NCBI GenBank assembly: GCA_002633005.1
Contig: NMRA01000060.1
Location: forward strand, 663,752-727,751
Length of the DNA: 64,000 nucleotides
Direction: 5' to 3'
DNA from: Phoronis australis
Taxonomy: Eukaryota > Animalia > Phoronida
The first letter of the stretch is position 1. Each line of letters opens with the position of its first letter. Below, in pieces: positions 1-12,403 of the stretch. A program made the translations under genes and the position numbers. The notes below the pieces were generated by a model. That model was given only the letters and a program-made list of their open reading frames with translations. It did not search any database and was not told the origin of the DNA.

Positions 1-1478
1 GAGAGCAACAGGATAACAGGTGAAACACCATAATTTTCACCACGGATATCGAGTGCTTGGTAACTCCCACATGGGTAAATATTCCGTCGTGTAGCTTCCA
101 CAAGTCACCGGCAGACGCTCGTGCGAGTAAGCAAATTGCCAACAGCTCCAGAATATGCACAAACACTGTGTGCTGAGTACGAATGGTTTGCTCAACATCT
201 CCAGTGCCTTGTGGTAGTCTTTTAAAGAGATACCGTCAACAGATCGTTTGCCTCACTATGAACAAGAGACAGCAGGCAACATCCGCCATATCCGTGCCAT
301 GTGCAGTAACGCCGAGATCGCCTATCCAATGCGTCTCTACTAAACTTCAGAAAACCGAGCTTTGGTATCTTTGACGTGTGGTCATGGCTTCTGCTAGCAG
401 ATCCACAGACCTCTAGCCCTGGATTGCCAGCTCCGATCTCGCAGCCGCTGACGTTGCGCCACGCATGCGTGAGAGTTGTTTTCATTCGTTTGCTCCGGCC
501 AGAGTACATACATGAGAACGCCAATTCGTAAGTGTCATAAAGCAATGTATATATTTACGCGCGAAATTCAAGGCAATCCCAAAATATTTTTAACACCATT
601 TGCTCGCTAGCAATTAGCACTTGATTGACGTGACCGATTACGCCATGCAAGATATTATGCAATTGTTTAAAGCAGAACTACTTGAGAGCTTTCTAGTAGG
701 TCCCAGTAAATTTGTCATTGATGCATAAAGGTAGTCTGGAACATTATGGATCCTACCATATATTTGTAGAATGGCTGCATACAGTAGAATCCAAAAAAAC
801 ATTAATGCGCTTGGGTTTACGAAAACTTCCAGATCACTGTCCATAAATACTCAGTTAAGAGTAAGTGAGAATTCATTGCAGTCACAGAATAAGCACTCAA
901 TAGATGACCTGTTATAGAGATATGATGTCATGATATTAGTTATGAAACAAGCAACGAGTTAGGCAGTTGGTGAACAAGTCAAGGCTTCACTACGCTCTCT
1001 GCAGCATTAGAACAGATATATCATCGGACGCTTTGTGTTAGTAGACTTGTGCACGTTTGTCCAAAGTTACTGAGTAAATGCTTCTCATCCAATATCCATG
1101 ATGCCTATTTCGGGATTGCTACTTCGCATTTGAGGCTAAACACTTCCCATCCAATGTTTGCCCTTCTTTAATAGTCAAGCATGGGTGCACTTAATTAATT
1201 CTGACGCACTAACAGTCCGTCGGTACACATGTAAACGAAACTAAACCACCTCTTCATGTTTAAGCAGGGAAAAAACTTTACCACCGGCAAAACACCTTCA
1301 GCTGATTTCCCACTATATTAGGGAACTATGTGTGCGAATGACTGATATGTGGCTCACACAATTTCCACATGTTTTGAGAATCACAGCATAAAAATGCATA
1401 TCGACATTTTCAGCACAACATGGTGTAAGTTTAGATGTTTTAGTTCATAACCTAATGTGATGTGCATCTCTATCTAAC

Positions 1479-1504
1479 ATAATAATAGTAATAATAATAA
1501 TAAT

Positions 1505-1581
<77 letters not shown>

Positions 1582-1650
1582 ATATATATAATATATATAA
1601 TATATATATATATATATATACATATGTGTGTGCGTGTTTGTGTGTGCACG
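1479..1650. repeat. Compound microsatellite (AAT)n-(AT)n-(GT)n
   Basis: Directly visible simple repeats; they generate the spurious Ile/Tyr-rich ORFs at 1445-1730. Confidence 0.97.
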
Positions 1651-3674
1651 AGCGCGCATGTGCTTGGGTGGGTACGTTTACCTTTGTGTGAGTAACACAT
1701 CCGGAATTGTTCAGCATTTCGCTTCGACACTACTGATTACTTGTGGCCGTTGTCTCGTTTGTCCAAGGCTGCGTCATGTGATCAAATGGGCTGAGTGATA
1801 ATCACTTTAACGACTGGTCAATTGTCCATGCAGGACCTGCGAACGACAGAGGACCTGCGGAGTAGCAAAGTGAGCGTTCGCGGGTGAGGGAGGGTGGAGC
1901 ATATACTATGAGCCAAAAATCCACCATCCACAGTTTTGCACTTACCGGCAGCAATGATTGGCTACAGGCATAATAGTGCGAACGTTATTCGCACTGTTTA
2001 CAGACATTTCAGCAAAATATATTTCTTTGAACGGACATTACTGGCAACAAAAGTAATTTCTCAAGAATAGTAATAGTGCGGAATATAATCCATTAGCTCC
2101 TCAATAGAAATCGAACACTCTGCCAATGAGCCAATTACCCGAATCCCAAGCGTTAAATAGCAGAGTATGTTAAAGACACTCATTCCGCTTCGTTTTAATT
2201 GACAGACGGGCTTTAACGAAATAAGTTCAGTTGGTAAGCAATCCCAAATAATGTCGATTCAAACCAACGCCAAACACGTAACTAAATTTAGTATGATTTT
2301 TCAGTTCGATTTTTAATTTTGGTGGTGCACCACCACCTAAAATGGCCGCCGTAATGAGTGACAGCTGACTCATGCGTTATGGGTACTCACTCAATTGCCG
2401 CAATATGTAATGAGCTTTCCGAGGAAACCCCGCCCACTTTAAAAATACAAAAATAATTTTGAAACAAGGCAAACACAATGCTGAAAAATACAATTTTTTA
2501 TATTTTAATGATATCTTCCGACTGATGAAGCTCATCTTGAGTTCTAAATTGGTAAAGAAACAATATCTTCAAGCATGCTTAAGTGGTAAAGGGGCCGGCC
2601 TTGATTTCTCCGAATGTTTGGCAGACAACGACGAGAAATGTCTTTTTGTAATATAGTAACGAAATCATAGGGTATTTTGTTGTTTTATATCCCTCGTCAG
2701 AACATGTAATTACACGTAGTAAAATAATGATTAATAACAAAGCATGTACTACTGCAGATAGACCTAACCACACCTCGATGTCCTACCACTTATACGTACT
2801 ACCACCTGAAAGCTGTTTTGGATTAACGGGTTGCATATCTACTGATGTGGGTGGATTGTTTTATTCCTCTGCATATCAGTTGTGACTTGACACGCTGCCG
2901 AGGCAATACAAAAACTGCGTACGGTTTCTTAGACGAATTATTGATGAGCTTTGAAAAAAATAAACCAAATGATCCATGACCCCAAGAAAAGCGTGCGGCG
3001 TTTTGCTTATGAACACCGAATTCATTATCAGAAATTATATACGTGTACATATACATGTACGCCTTTCTTAACTGAAACGACGGGGCAATTACGCCTCTCC
3101 AGTCACAAAGCCGTTTTCATTTTTAGACTTTTCCTCGGGCGAGTGCTTTGCTGGATGCATACTTTTCACTGGGGTGGGGCGAAATTTATGGATAAGTGAA
3201 TATGCCCTATAAGGTTGTACATCATTGTATTACACTTGGCATAGGTTGAATTGATTAACCATCCAACTCAATGCCGCGGCGCCGACCTATTGTAACTTAT
3301 TCAAGCCAGAGGCTAGCTGCACTCAATGTTTATAAGACTTATCTGTCATCTACATTGTAGAATTATTTTTTCTTTTTCTCTCCGGTTTTATCTACCGACA
3401 TGCTTAAAGCAATATTGATTTCCTTTCGACACAAATGCACAGCATTAGTTTGACAAATGAAATATGGTAATGTTTAAAGGTTGATAAGTTATGGTAGAAG
3501 AAACAGCATCCTTAGTGATAATGGCTGTGGTGTGAATTTAATGTAAAATGAAAGCGCTGACAGTTGCATGTTGATAACACAAACAACCATTAAGTCGTAA
3601 TTATGCTAATGAAATGTTAATTTCCGTTTTCTGATTTATTTGTGGCCACATGCAAAGATCAAGAAATAACTATG

Positions 3675-3812
3675 TACCAAGGCGTTCCATCGAAATTGGA
3701 ACGCCGGTGTAAAACAAATATCCTGAAATCGAAAACAGACCCCAGCCCAAAAAAAAAGAACGATGACCATTGAAACAGGAATCCCAGTGATCGGACAGGA
3801 CACTTGGCGTCC
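3675..3812. repeat. Dispersed repeat fragment; related inverted copy at ~7630-7790
   Basis: GGCGTTCCATCGAAATTGGAACGCCGGTGTAAAACAAA matches the reverse complement of ~7745-7786 (GGTGTTCCATCGAAACTGAAAGCCCGGTGTAAAACAAA); both also carry AAACAGGAA...CGGACAGGA. Confidence 0.55.
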
Positions 3813-4476
3813 GAAACACCACTACCATCCTCTCTGACAAACACTGTTTATCTCAAGAAAATATTACCTTAGTACCTTTAAAGTGCTTTGTGTTCATACG
3901 ACGTGTATCAATTTCACATGTTGATGAATCAACAAATCTTCCTCTTTTGAACAGTTGTTGTGATGTTTTGTGTACTACCTGAGAATTTAAACAACTTATG
4001 ACCGTTCCCTAGCGAAAAGTGTTTTGATTCTTAAGAACCTGTTTTACTCGCGGACGTGTACAAATACTTGACATACTGAACAATAAGAGAAGGCGTGTGC
4101 TAGTGTGGTGGACGATTTGCCGGATTAAATTCGAGTTTCTTTTTAGCTGTCTTTGTAAATATTTTGCAAGCTGTTCAAACTAGAATCTTTCTCATTTTCC
4201 CAACAGTGTATCTATAATTGTTTACGTACATGTTCATATTCACAGTCACTAACCGCAGGAGAAGACAAATGCGACAAAGTCACGCCACCACGATCACAGA
4301 ATCCAGTGGATAATCCGCCATAAAGAGTCTTAATGCGTTGAGTTTAGAACTCCCAAATTCTGTTTTAATGATCGATGAGAAGTTGAATTACACTTTTTAG
4401 GGCAAAAACGGCGAAATTTGTGACGGTGCAGGTATTTTGAGTGAATAATTCTCGCAGTCCATTTCAAACTCCGGAA

Positions 4477-7260
4477 TTTTTTGTTAATGTTTATTACAAA
4501 ATCTTCAATACAATGAGTATATATTGCCCAGAAAGCATCAAAAGGCATTATATATGGGTTAAATAAGTACAAAGAAATCTATATACAATTATTATACACA
4601 AACACATAAATTAAAAAAGTGTTGTTGAGATTACAATAACATATAATTACAAATGTAAATAAATCATTTTCATACACAATAACATATTTTACATATATAT
4701 AATTCTATCCACTCACACAAAAAGATTTAGCATTATGAAGAAATTTCAATACTTTTTCGAATAAAACCTTATTTTTATTTGATTTTGTTGTACATTTGAG
4801 GAATATCAGAACAATTTTTGTAAACAATGGGGTATTGTTCGAGTGTCTGGAAAAGCTTTACCCTCTGCTCCTTGCATACCTCACAAGCAAAGAAAACACG
4901 AGCATTTGTGTGGGTGTCTCCACAGGAACATAGAGGCGAAATATCATTAAAATTATGTCTAAATTTCTCGTTGTTTAGGAATAGACACCATCTTGATCTG
5001 TATAAGATGGTTGCGAGAAAGTTGGAATGATGCCAATGGGATTGGCAAATCTAGAGTAGTGGTATGCAGTTTAAAGTTATCTTTGAGAGTGACGATTGAG
5101 GTGATTTCATTTATTTTGGATGGTAAGGAATTCCAGTTGTCAATGCAAGTTAATATCGTAGATTTCCTGAAGGCTTGGCTGAGGGAAGATGGAATAGTGT
5201 ATGTACTACTTTGCCGCAGTCCTGGTCTTGCGTTAAGTCTTTTTTAGGAGTCAAAGAGGATTTCCTTTGAATAATTGTTTATGTTGGTTAAGACTTTGAA
5301 TGTATAGATGGACAGGTGGAGTTTACGACGGGTTGCTAGTTTGCTCCTTGATTGTATTGGATCCTTTGTATGCTCCTGTTATGGCTAAAGCTGCATGGTA
5401 TTGTCTTTCTAATTGAGGAAGTATGCCAGCGTTTGCCGATTGGTAGATTATGTCACAGTAATCTAGATGTGGAAGTACAAAAGAGTTGAAAACAGTGTCA
5501 GAATAAATATTGATTAAGTAATTAGTAAGAACAGATCCATTTTAAGTTGCCCAAAATTTGAACATACGTACTTTTGAATCATGGGATCAAACTTGCTGAC
5601 GTGTATTTTAACGACACCATCTATTTTAGGTGATGTTTACAACTTTGGTTCGGGGGTCAAAGCACTTTAGAGATTCTAGAAATTTCTGAGAGCAAATTGT
5701 AACAGCCAATGATATGATTAGATTAGATCATGTGGTTTTTATTAGCCAATCGCTAAATAAGTAGAAAATTATAATATGGGCTAAAATTAAGAGGTTATTC
5801 AGGTGAGCTATAGTAGTTGAAGCATAAAGCTTGCTATAGTGTACAGAGGAAATTGTACAACAGAGCCATCTTGAGGAAGATTCTAAAGAGGATCTTGGCA
5901 AGGGCGAGGATTAACGAACAGGAAGTTAACTTAGAGCTTGTCACTTGCACCGTGGGTAATAAGATACGGCCTGAAGTGTTGCGTCACAAGAGACTGTAAA
6001 CCAGCAAGAAGAATCGTGGTTAGAAGAAACTGCCTGCGGGTTTTGCCACCAGAGACTGTGACCAGCGAGTACACTGTCGTAATACAGTGTGTGTAGTTCG
6101 AAGATTCATCAACAGGACTGTCTTCCAACAAGTGGAGAGTCCTTCAGCTTGGATAGCAGATAAGACATTTGATTAATTTGATTGATTGAAGTAATCTTAA
6201 AAGAGGGCGCAAGCGTAGTTACTCTTCTTTGTAGTTAATTACTTAATTAACAACAGGGTTCAATTGTCTAATTAGTGGTTACCATATAATAAATTACTTA
6301 CTGGATTTAACTATTCTCTCCATCTACGCACTATCTCAAAACATAGCTACCTTTTAAGCAAACACATAGTCAATCTCTGACAAACAGAGTTTCAAGATGC
6401 ATGGATTTGAGATGACGAGAGACAATTCTAATTGGATTGATTAATTTTTGTACTTTATGAACGAGTTCGCGACAATGAGGAGTAAATGTAAGCTTATGGT
6501 CTAGTAGTAAGCCAAGATGTTTGTGCGTGAACTTATTGGGAATAACTTCCCCATTGAGTGATAATTCCAGCATTGGATTTGTTTGCAAATGAGTATTATT
6601 AAGCTTAGAAAATATAAGATCAACATTTTTTTCAGGTTTAAATTTCATCTTCCATTTGTAAGACCAGTCGTAGAATGTGTTTAGTTCAGTTTGCAATTGT
6701 AAGGAGTCGTGGGGATGCTCTTTTGTGAATTGGTAGAAAATTGCAGTGTCATCAGCATATAAAAATGTTTTAGAGTTTATTGCGTCTGGAAGATCATTGA
6801 TGTACAGCAAAAAGAGTAAGGGGCCTAGTACGCGACCATGTGGTACTCCAGCATTTACGAAAGCTTGTGTTAATGAGGGTGATAAGACACCCTCAATTCG
6901 GGCATTGTAAGTTCGACATTCCAGACATGATTTTATAAGTAAGAGGGAAGTGCCTGATAAACCGTAAGATTGTAATTTATGTAGAAGCAGATCATGGGGA
7001 ACGACATCAAAATCTGACGCAATGTCTAAAAATACGGATCTCACGTTGTATCCTTGCTTAAGCTGGAGGTGGATTTCATGTACAATTTCTATAAGTTGGG
7101 ACACAGTGCATTTACCTGCATGAATCCAAATTGGCGACGATATATGAGGCTTTGTGAAGAGTGGTGGTCAAACATGTGCTGAGAAATGATTTTTCTAATA
7201 TTTTGGATAAGGTGTTAAGAAGAGTTATGGGGCGATAGTTGGCAATGTCCAGAAGTTGAT
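4477..7260 (-). mobile_element. 5'-truncated, decayed CR1/L2-type LINE (reverse transcriptase through 3' end), interrupted by a solo LTR
   Basis: Minus-strand translation gives NYRPITLLNTLSKILEK (~7245), FLDIASDFDVVPH, GVPHGRVLGPLLFLLYIND, LYADDT, HKHLGLLLDHKLTF. It resumes below the insertion as FNSFVLPHLDYCDIIY (~5490). AATAAA and an A-rich end lie near 4480-4495. Confidence 0.9.
5496..6382 (+). mobile_element. Solo LTR (887 bp) nested in the LINE
   Basis: Termini TGTCAGA...TCTGACA; 5-bp TSD AACAG at 5491-5495 and 6383-6387; splits the LINE reading frame at HLETL|FNSF; contains two CCAAT boxes and a three-unit HSE. Confidence 0.85.
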
Positions 7261-8200
7261 TGTGCGGAAATATTGCGGTCTCGACAAGTAAATCGATGAA
7301 CCTTAAAATGCGGTCACTTGTAAAGATACATAAAGGAAATAATCAACGATGGCACTCAAACGTCAACATAATTTGAAAATGCCGGTTTTGGAGAAATTAT
7401 CGAATTATCTGTAATTAACTAATATTCACTGAGACAACAACGTATTGAGAGTATAGGTTATGTTGAAATTGGCACACAGACAAGTTGCACGAATTTTACC
7501 GATAAAAATCAAATAACCAAGTCAAAGTTACGGTTTATTATTGACAATTTTTTACAAACAAATGCAGAACACCACTGGAAAGTACTTGGAACATGGTGAC
7601 ATGGTCTCTGAAACTTTTAAAAAATTGTCCGGGTTTCCTGTCCGTTCCCCGGGTTTCCTGTTTTAAAGGTCGAGGTTCGTGTTTAGAGGTCGGGTTTCAT
7701 GTTTCGTGCTTTTCTGGCTGTTAAGCTGTTTTGAAGGTGCGGGGCCTTTTGTTTTACACCGGGCTTTCAGTTTCGATGGAACACCTTGTGTTCGTAACTT
7801 TCTTAATTTCTTCGAGGGACTGCACAAAATAACAGTTATAACATATATTTTTAAAAACAAAAAGCAATGCATATCATAGTTTTGAATTTGAATACCGTGC
7901 ACTGCATGCGTGTATTTAGCCAATGGAATCGGGGTTAGGCTTGGCTGTCCGATACTGAGTGAAATTAAGGAGTAAGTATGAATGACGATTGGCTTAACCG
8001 TGACAAAATAGTGCGTGTAGATGTCGATGATTTTTTGTACTTAGTTTTGTATTTAACATTAACGATTTCATTTAAATTGCTGCGGATAGACAGAAAAAAT
8101 CGAAACCGCTTTGGTATAAGGCATGTTCATTGCATTTGGATTGTGCAAAGGATAAATCTGAGGGTCACTGCAAACAGAACGCTACGAGATCTGCTGTCAA

Positions 8201-8322
8201 CCTCAACTGATGACTGAGCTGACAAGCTCACGTCAAGGCGATAATTAAATGAACTACAGGTGCCTGTTTTTTTCAATTACTATCTTAACGCCTCGACATG
8301 AGCTGTCAACTCAGCAATTGAG
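8201..8322. mobile_element. Small MITE-like foldback
   Basis: Imperfect ~40-bp inverted arms: CTGAGCTGACAAGCTCACGTCAAGGCG and CGCCTCGACATGAGCTGTCAACTCAG. Confidence 0.55.
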
Positions 8323-9783
8323 GAAGAAATAATTCATTATCTTCTAAATTTCCATTTTTTGTATGATTCGGTGGTTTTTGCTCACGTCACATCTAGCGGT
8401 TTAATTTCACATTAAGCTCCACGATTTGTTAAAGAACACGACATGCTAAATGGCAGATGGTGTTTTCTTACTTTGGAATGAAAGGAACTTCTTATACGGA
8501 AATGAGTGACACGAAGGACTACGTGAAATATCTATTCATATTTTTATAATCCCTAAGGCGAAAATGAGAGTGATGAAAAACGAGTAGTCCTTCCATCACA
8601 AACCATTTTTTGATTAGACAATTTCCCGTTGTGCAACTGGCCTCACGTAGTTCGTCCGTTAACGTTAAGGTGATTTCAAGACGTGGAAAGAGCTGACAAT
8701 TTGTTGCTGCTTGTGAACAGGCGCTACAAGCTGCCGCGTGATATCGTGTCATTTTATGGGCCTAGCCCCACATAATTACTTTACGCCGCAAATAGTTAAT
8801 TTACACCTCTAAATATTTATTTAACGCCTCCAACAAAATTAACTTACGCACGTAATGTAACGACGTAAGTAATTATTTGCGTAATAACTTAACGCCATAC
8901 GTAATTTAACGGCGCATGTTCGCCCATTTGGCCAACGGTAACAGTAGGAAGAGGTTTTATAAAACCAATTTCATTGGTTAGATTGTCAAAAGGTTGTAAT
9001 TATGCCATTCTAAACATATTAAGGATTGTCACAAATCCATCCTTCTTCCTGAGAATCACATGTGCTAACTTTGGAGCGCGTGCTAACTTTGGGCCGTTGT
9101 CGTCGGTAAAAATCCGGCAATCTGAAAGATCGGTCATGTTCTCACAACTTTCATCTCAGGTTCAGTATCGATGCAAAGAAAATACGCGAAGTGGCCCCTT
9201 AGAGTTCACGTTTTGGTGACAGAAAATTATTAGGAAGCGCTATTTTGCCGTCTATTTGCCGCTTTGAGACAAATCCGTATTTTATTGTTCGGTCCCGATG
9301 GAGTGCAATGTTAAATTCGACTTGTTTAGTCCACCTACACACTGTAGTTCACCACCACGCAAGTGCGTACGCGCGTCGCATGCTCATTTCGAAACCGTCT
9401 CGGTGGACTCGTGTATTTAACAAGGGAAGGTCAATATATTGGAGAATCTATTACTAATATTTTTGAAACTCGAAATGCAACAGGTTTGCCTACATCACAT
9501 GAACGAAAATGGTTAGGTTATGAAGTAGTGACTGATAATCTTGTACATGACGCGTTTTGCCTAGAACTAGAGTGATGCTTTGTTTTATCGGGACGGGCCT
9601 ATCACCGCAGTATGTAAAGGCACATGGAATCACAGAAGCCATTTGCCTACGAGTTTTGGCTTGTTGCTCGACTGTACGTCCGTCTGTCTGAATTTTACCT
9701 TTGGAAATATATTTTTAAAAATTCCTATCTTAAGTCTATGATTAGTCCGAACCAAACCCGTTGACTTCATTTTCTCTTTCTAG

Positions 9784-10043
9784 ATCACCTATCTGCAGTA
9801 GAGCGCGCTTGTTTTGCACCCCAGAACGTTCCAGGTTTTGTGGCGACCGTTGGATGTCATCAGTGGAAGAGTCCGTCAGGTTACGAGTCCACTTACTGCT
9901 TTTGCAACTCTACTAACTGCAATGGATGTCATGAGGTAGCTCATGCCAGCACCCAGACTATATTGACAGTTTTCGTGACCTGGTTCATTTTGTGGCTTGG
10001 TCAAACAGGAATGGAGGTAGCCTCATGGTTCCAGTTGACATAG
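9784..10043 (+). CDS. Terminal coding exon of a Ly6/uPAR three-finger (Quiver/sleepless-like) GPI-anchored protein
   Basis: Polypyrimidine tract plus AG acceptor at 9782-9783. Reads HLSAVERACFAPQNVPGFVATVGCHQWKSPSGYESTYCFCNSTNCNG, with the R-x-C...C...C-x-C-x4-CN Ly6/QVR signature, followed by a hydrophobic GPI-signal-like tail. Upstream exons were not found. Confidence 0.75.
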
Positions 10044-10433
10044 GCCGACGAATTTATTCGTGGCACGAATGGTTTATACTATCTATTTTCAAATTGTGAA
10101 TAGATTAGTAATGTTTGCAACAGGTCCTGGATTAGACTCCATTTATCGCTGAGGAAGAAAATTGTTTTGCATGACTGTCCTCCTTTTCAAAATATCAGGT
10201 ACTGCTGAGTTGTTTAAGAAAGAAAGCACGTGCAGTACTCATTATTGCCATTTTTGCCAATTTCCGGCGATGGCATTGCACCTCAAAACGTAAAGTTATT
10301 GTAAGAAATACGCGTTTGCCTGCATTGCAATTATGAATTGCATGACAATTAATTTAGTGGCGCTAGTACATTTGCATGCGAAGAAGCAAGACAAGCGCCA
10401 GCCTCAAGATGGTGTTGGTATGTTTAACCATTT

Positions 10434-10930
10434 GATTAGGCAAAAGCGCGTGTAAATTTAGAAGAAAAAAAAATACCCGTAAATTAGGAAAAGTACACGT
10501 AGATTAAGCAAAAGCACGCGTAAATTACGCAAAAGTAGACGTAGATTAAGCAAAAGTACCCGTAGATTAAGGAAATCTCAACGCGCAGATATGTACTCGT
10601 TTAAGAACTATGAGGCCCCAACGGCTTCTTAAACGAGTTCCTTTCTTCGCGTAGAAGTGTGCTTAATCTACATCTACTTTTGCATAGTTTATTCGTACGT
10701 TTAATCAGTTTATGTAGTCCAATCACACCTGTGCTCTCAAACTAACTGAGTAGAGCTATGATCGTTTAAGTACACGTAGATTAAGTAAAAGTACACGTAA
10801 ATTAAAGGTTCGCACTGATTAAGCAAAACCACACGTAAATTAAGCAAAAGTACACGTAGGTTAAGCAAAGGTACGCGTAGATTGAGCAAAAGTAAACGTA
10901 GATTAAGAAAAACTACACTTTGATTAAAGG
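10434..10930. repeat. 21-bp minisatellite arrays (TTAAGCAAAAGTACACGTAGA) around a central hairpin
   Basis: Two arrays (~10434-10572 and ~10765-10928), a few inverted units at ~10650-10690, and a perfect 13-bp stem ACTCGTTTAAGAA/TTCTTAAACGAGT at 10595-10638. Confidence 0.85.
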
Positions 10931-11090
10931 AGAATGCCACCCGATTTAATTAGTCTTTTTTGCCGTCTTAATCGGTCTATATCCACATCGCCTCGCATAT
11001 GGTCGACCTTACCTTGCCAAGAGGTGTCGCGTTAACCTGTGAGGAAGGTGAGAAACGACGCTGGCGACGTCAGTGGTTCATATGCAGAGT

Positions 11091-11290
11091 GAATGCCGCT
11101 GTGTTGCGGTGAATCGTTCCCGCTTGTCCGAACTAAGCAGCTGCGAGGAAAGCGGGTATATCGTATTTTTTACTTCCTTGAGAGTGCGAAATGCTTAGGA
11201 AGTGGCTCATGGTAGTGAAGAATGAAATGTACGCTGTAAATAGCAATTATGAGGCCGTGCAACCTCTCCGTGTCTGTGACCTGCAGACGT
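11091..11290 (+). pseudogene. Decayed THAP zinc-finger (transposon-derived)
   Basis: Across frameshifts it reads RCVAVN...F...MLRKWLMVVKN...LRVCDL, matching the THAP C..C / W / RVC pattern. Confidence 0.55.
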
Positions 11291-11944
11291 CGACAGTGCC
11301 TGGCTTACCAAATAACTCCGTACGTTCCGTTGTCTGAGCTTGTTCACGGCGCCTCTCTAGTATTTCTTCATCACTGTATTCCTGTTCGAATTGATAGCCT
11401 GCAAAACTTAACGATCCACCTGCGAAGTCGGGACTGATGAGCTCTAGCTTGTCCTAAGTCGGGATTGCGAGTTGCCATGTTGGCGTTTATTACTGAGCGT
11501 TCTGTTTCAAAATGAATTTTTCTCACCCTAACCAACTGAAAAAAATTCTGTTTCATCAGATGCAATTTGTAATGCCTTTGGAGTATTCATGAGTGCAAAT
11601 GATTTGAGAAGCCAGCAATGAATAAATCACTGCGTTACCGGCTTAAGGTGCAATAAAACTAATTGACGGGACACCGAGGCCGTGTGAGCTCATGTTAATT
11701 TAGTGTTTGGTGGCAGAAACTATTGTGAAACAACTCGATTTCCATCCCACGGCGAGGTATCAGGGTAATCTGCCGTCAGGTTTCAGCTAACGCAACCGTA
11801 CGTGTCGTTATGGAGTAGAACTACTCGATCTAAATTGATACAAATTAGGTTGTTTTTTGGGTGACATGCTCCTTTAAGCACATTGCAACGCGCAAACAGT
11901 TACTTGTTTAAGAACGATCTCAAAAAAGCCATTGGCGCTTCATT

Positions 11945-12403
11945 TGTTCTTTTGAGAACGTGTGTAATTCACTCGTCATACGAGTACATTACACACGTGG
12001 ATTACATTCGCCCTAACGAGAGCAGACCTTCGTTCCTTCGCTGCCAGGTGAGAACGAGTAAAAATACGCTCGTATGAACGAGTACATAGCTTCGTTCTTT
12101 CGCCACCAGGGGAACGCAGGCAAGTGTGAAACGCACTCATTCGAAATATAGTACACGGTAAAATGTGTTCAATTGATTGCTTATCTGTTATTATTTGTAA
12201 TGTGGGCCAGTGGCCTTATCATACACAGATCAATATACAAGTACAATGCACCCGTTCAAACGAGTGCCCTCTTCGTGTGTTACGTCTCTGGTAACTCTGC
12301 AGAGAATAGAATCGCGACCGGATGTTTACAACTCTAAGCACTAGCATGGACGCGTACATTTCACTCGTATGACGAGTGCGTTACACACGTTTTCAAAAGA
12401 ACA
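11945..12403. mobile_element. MITE with ~45-bp terminal inverted repeats (TIRs)
   Basis: TGTTCTTTTGAGAACGTGTGTAATTCACTCGTCATACGAGT mirrored by ACTCGTATGACGAGTGCGTTACACACGTTTTCAAAAGAACA. Confidence 0.7.

Noticed and set aside
1-545. Possible coding or transposase fragment at the window start
   Set aside because: No frame gives a recognisable motif; frequent stops.
1445-1730. Ile/Tyr-rich ORFs
   Set aside because: They are translations of a microsatellite.
10434-10930. CRISPR-like array
   Set aside because: Repeats are head-to-tail without unique spacers, there are no cas genes, and the context is eukaryotic.
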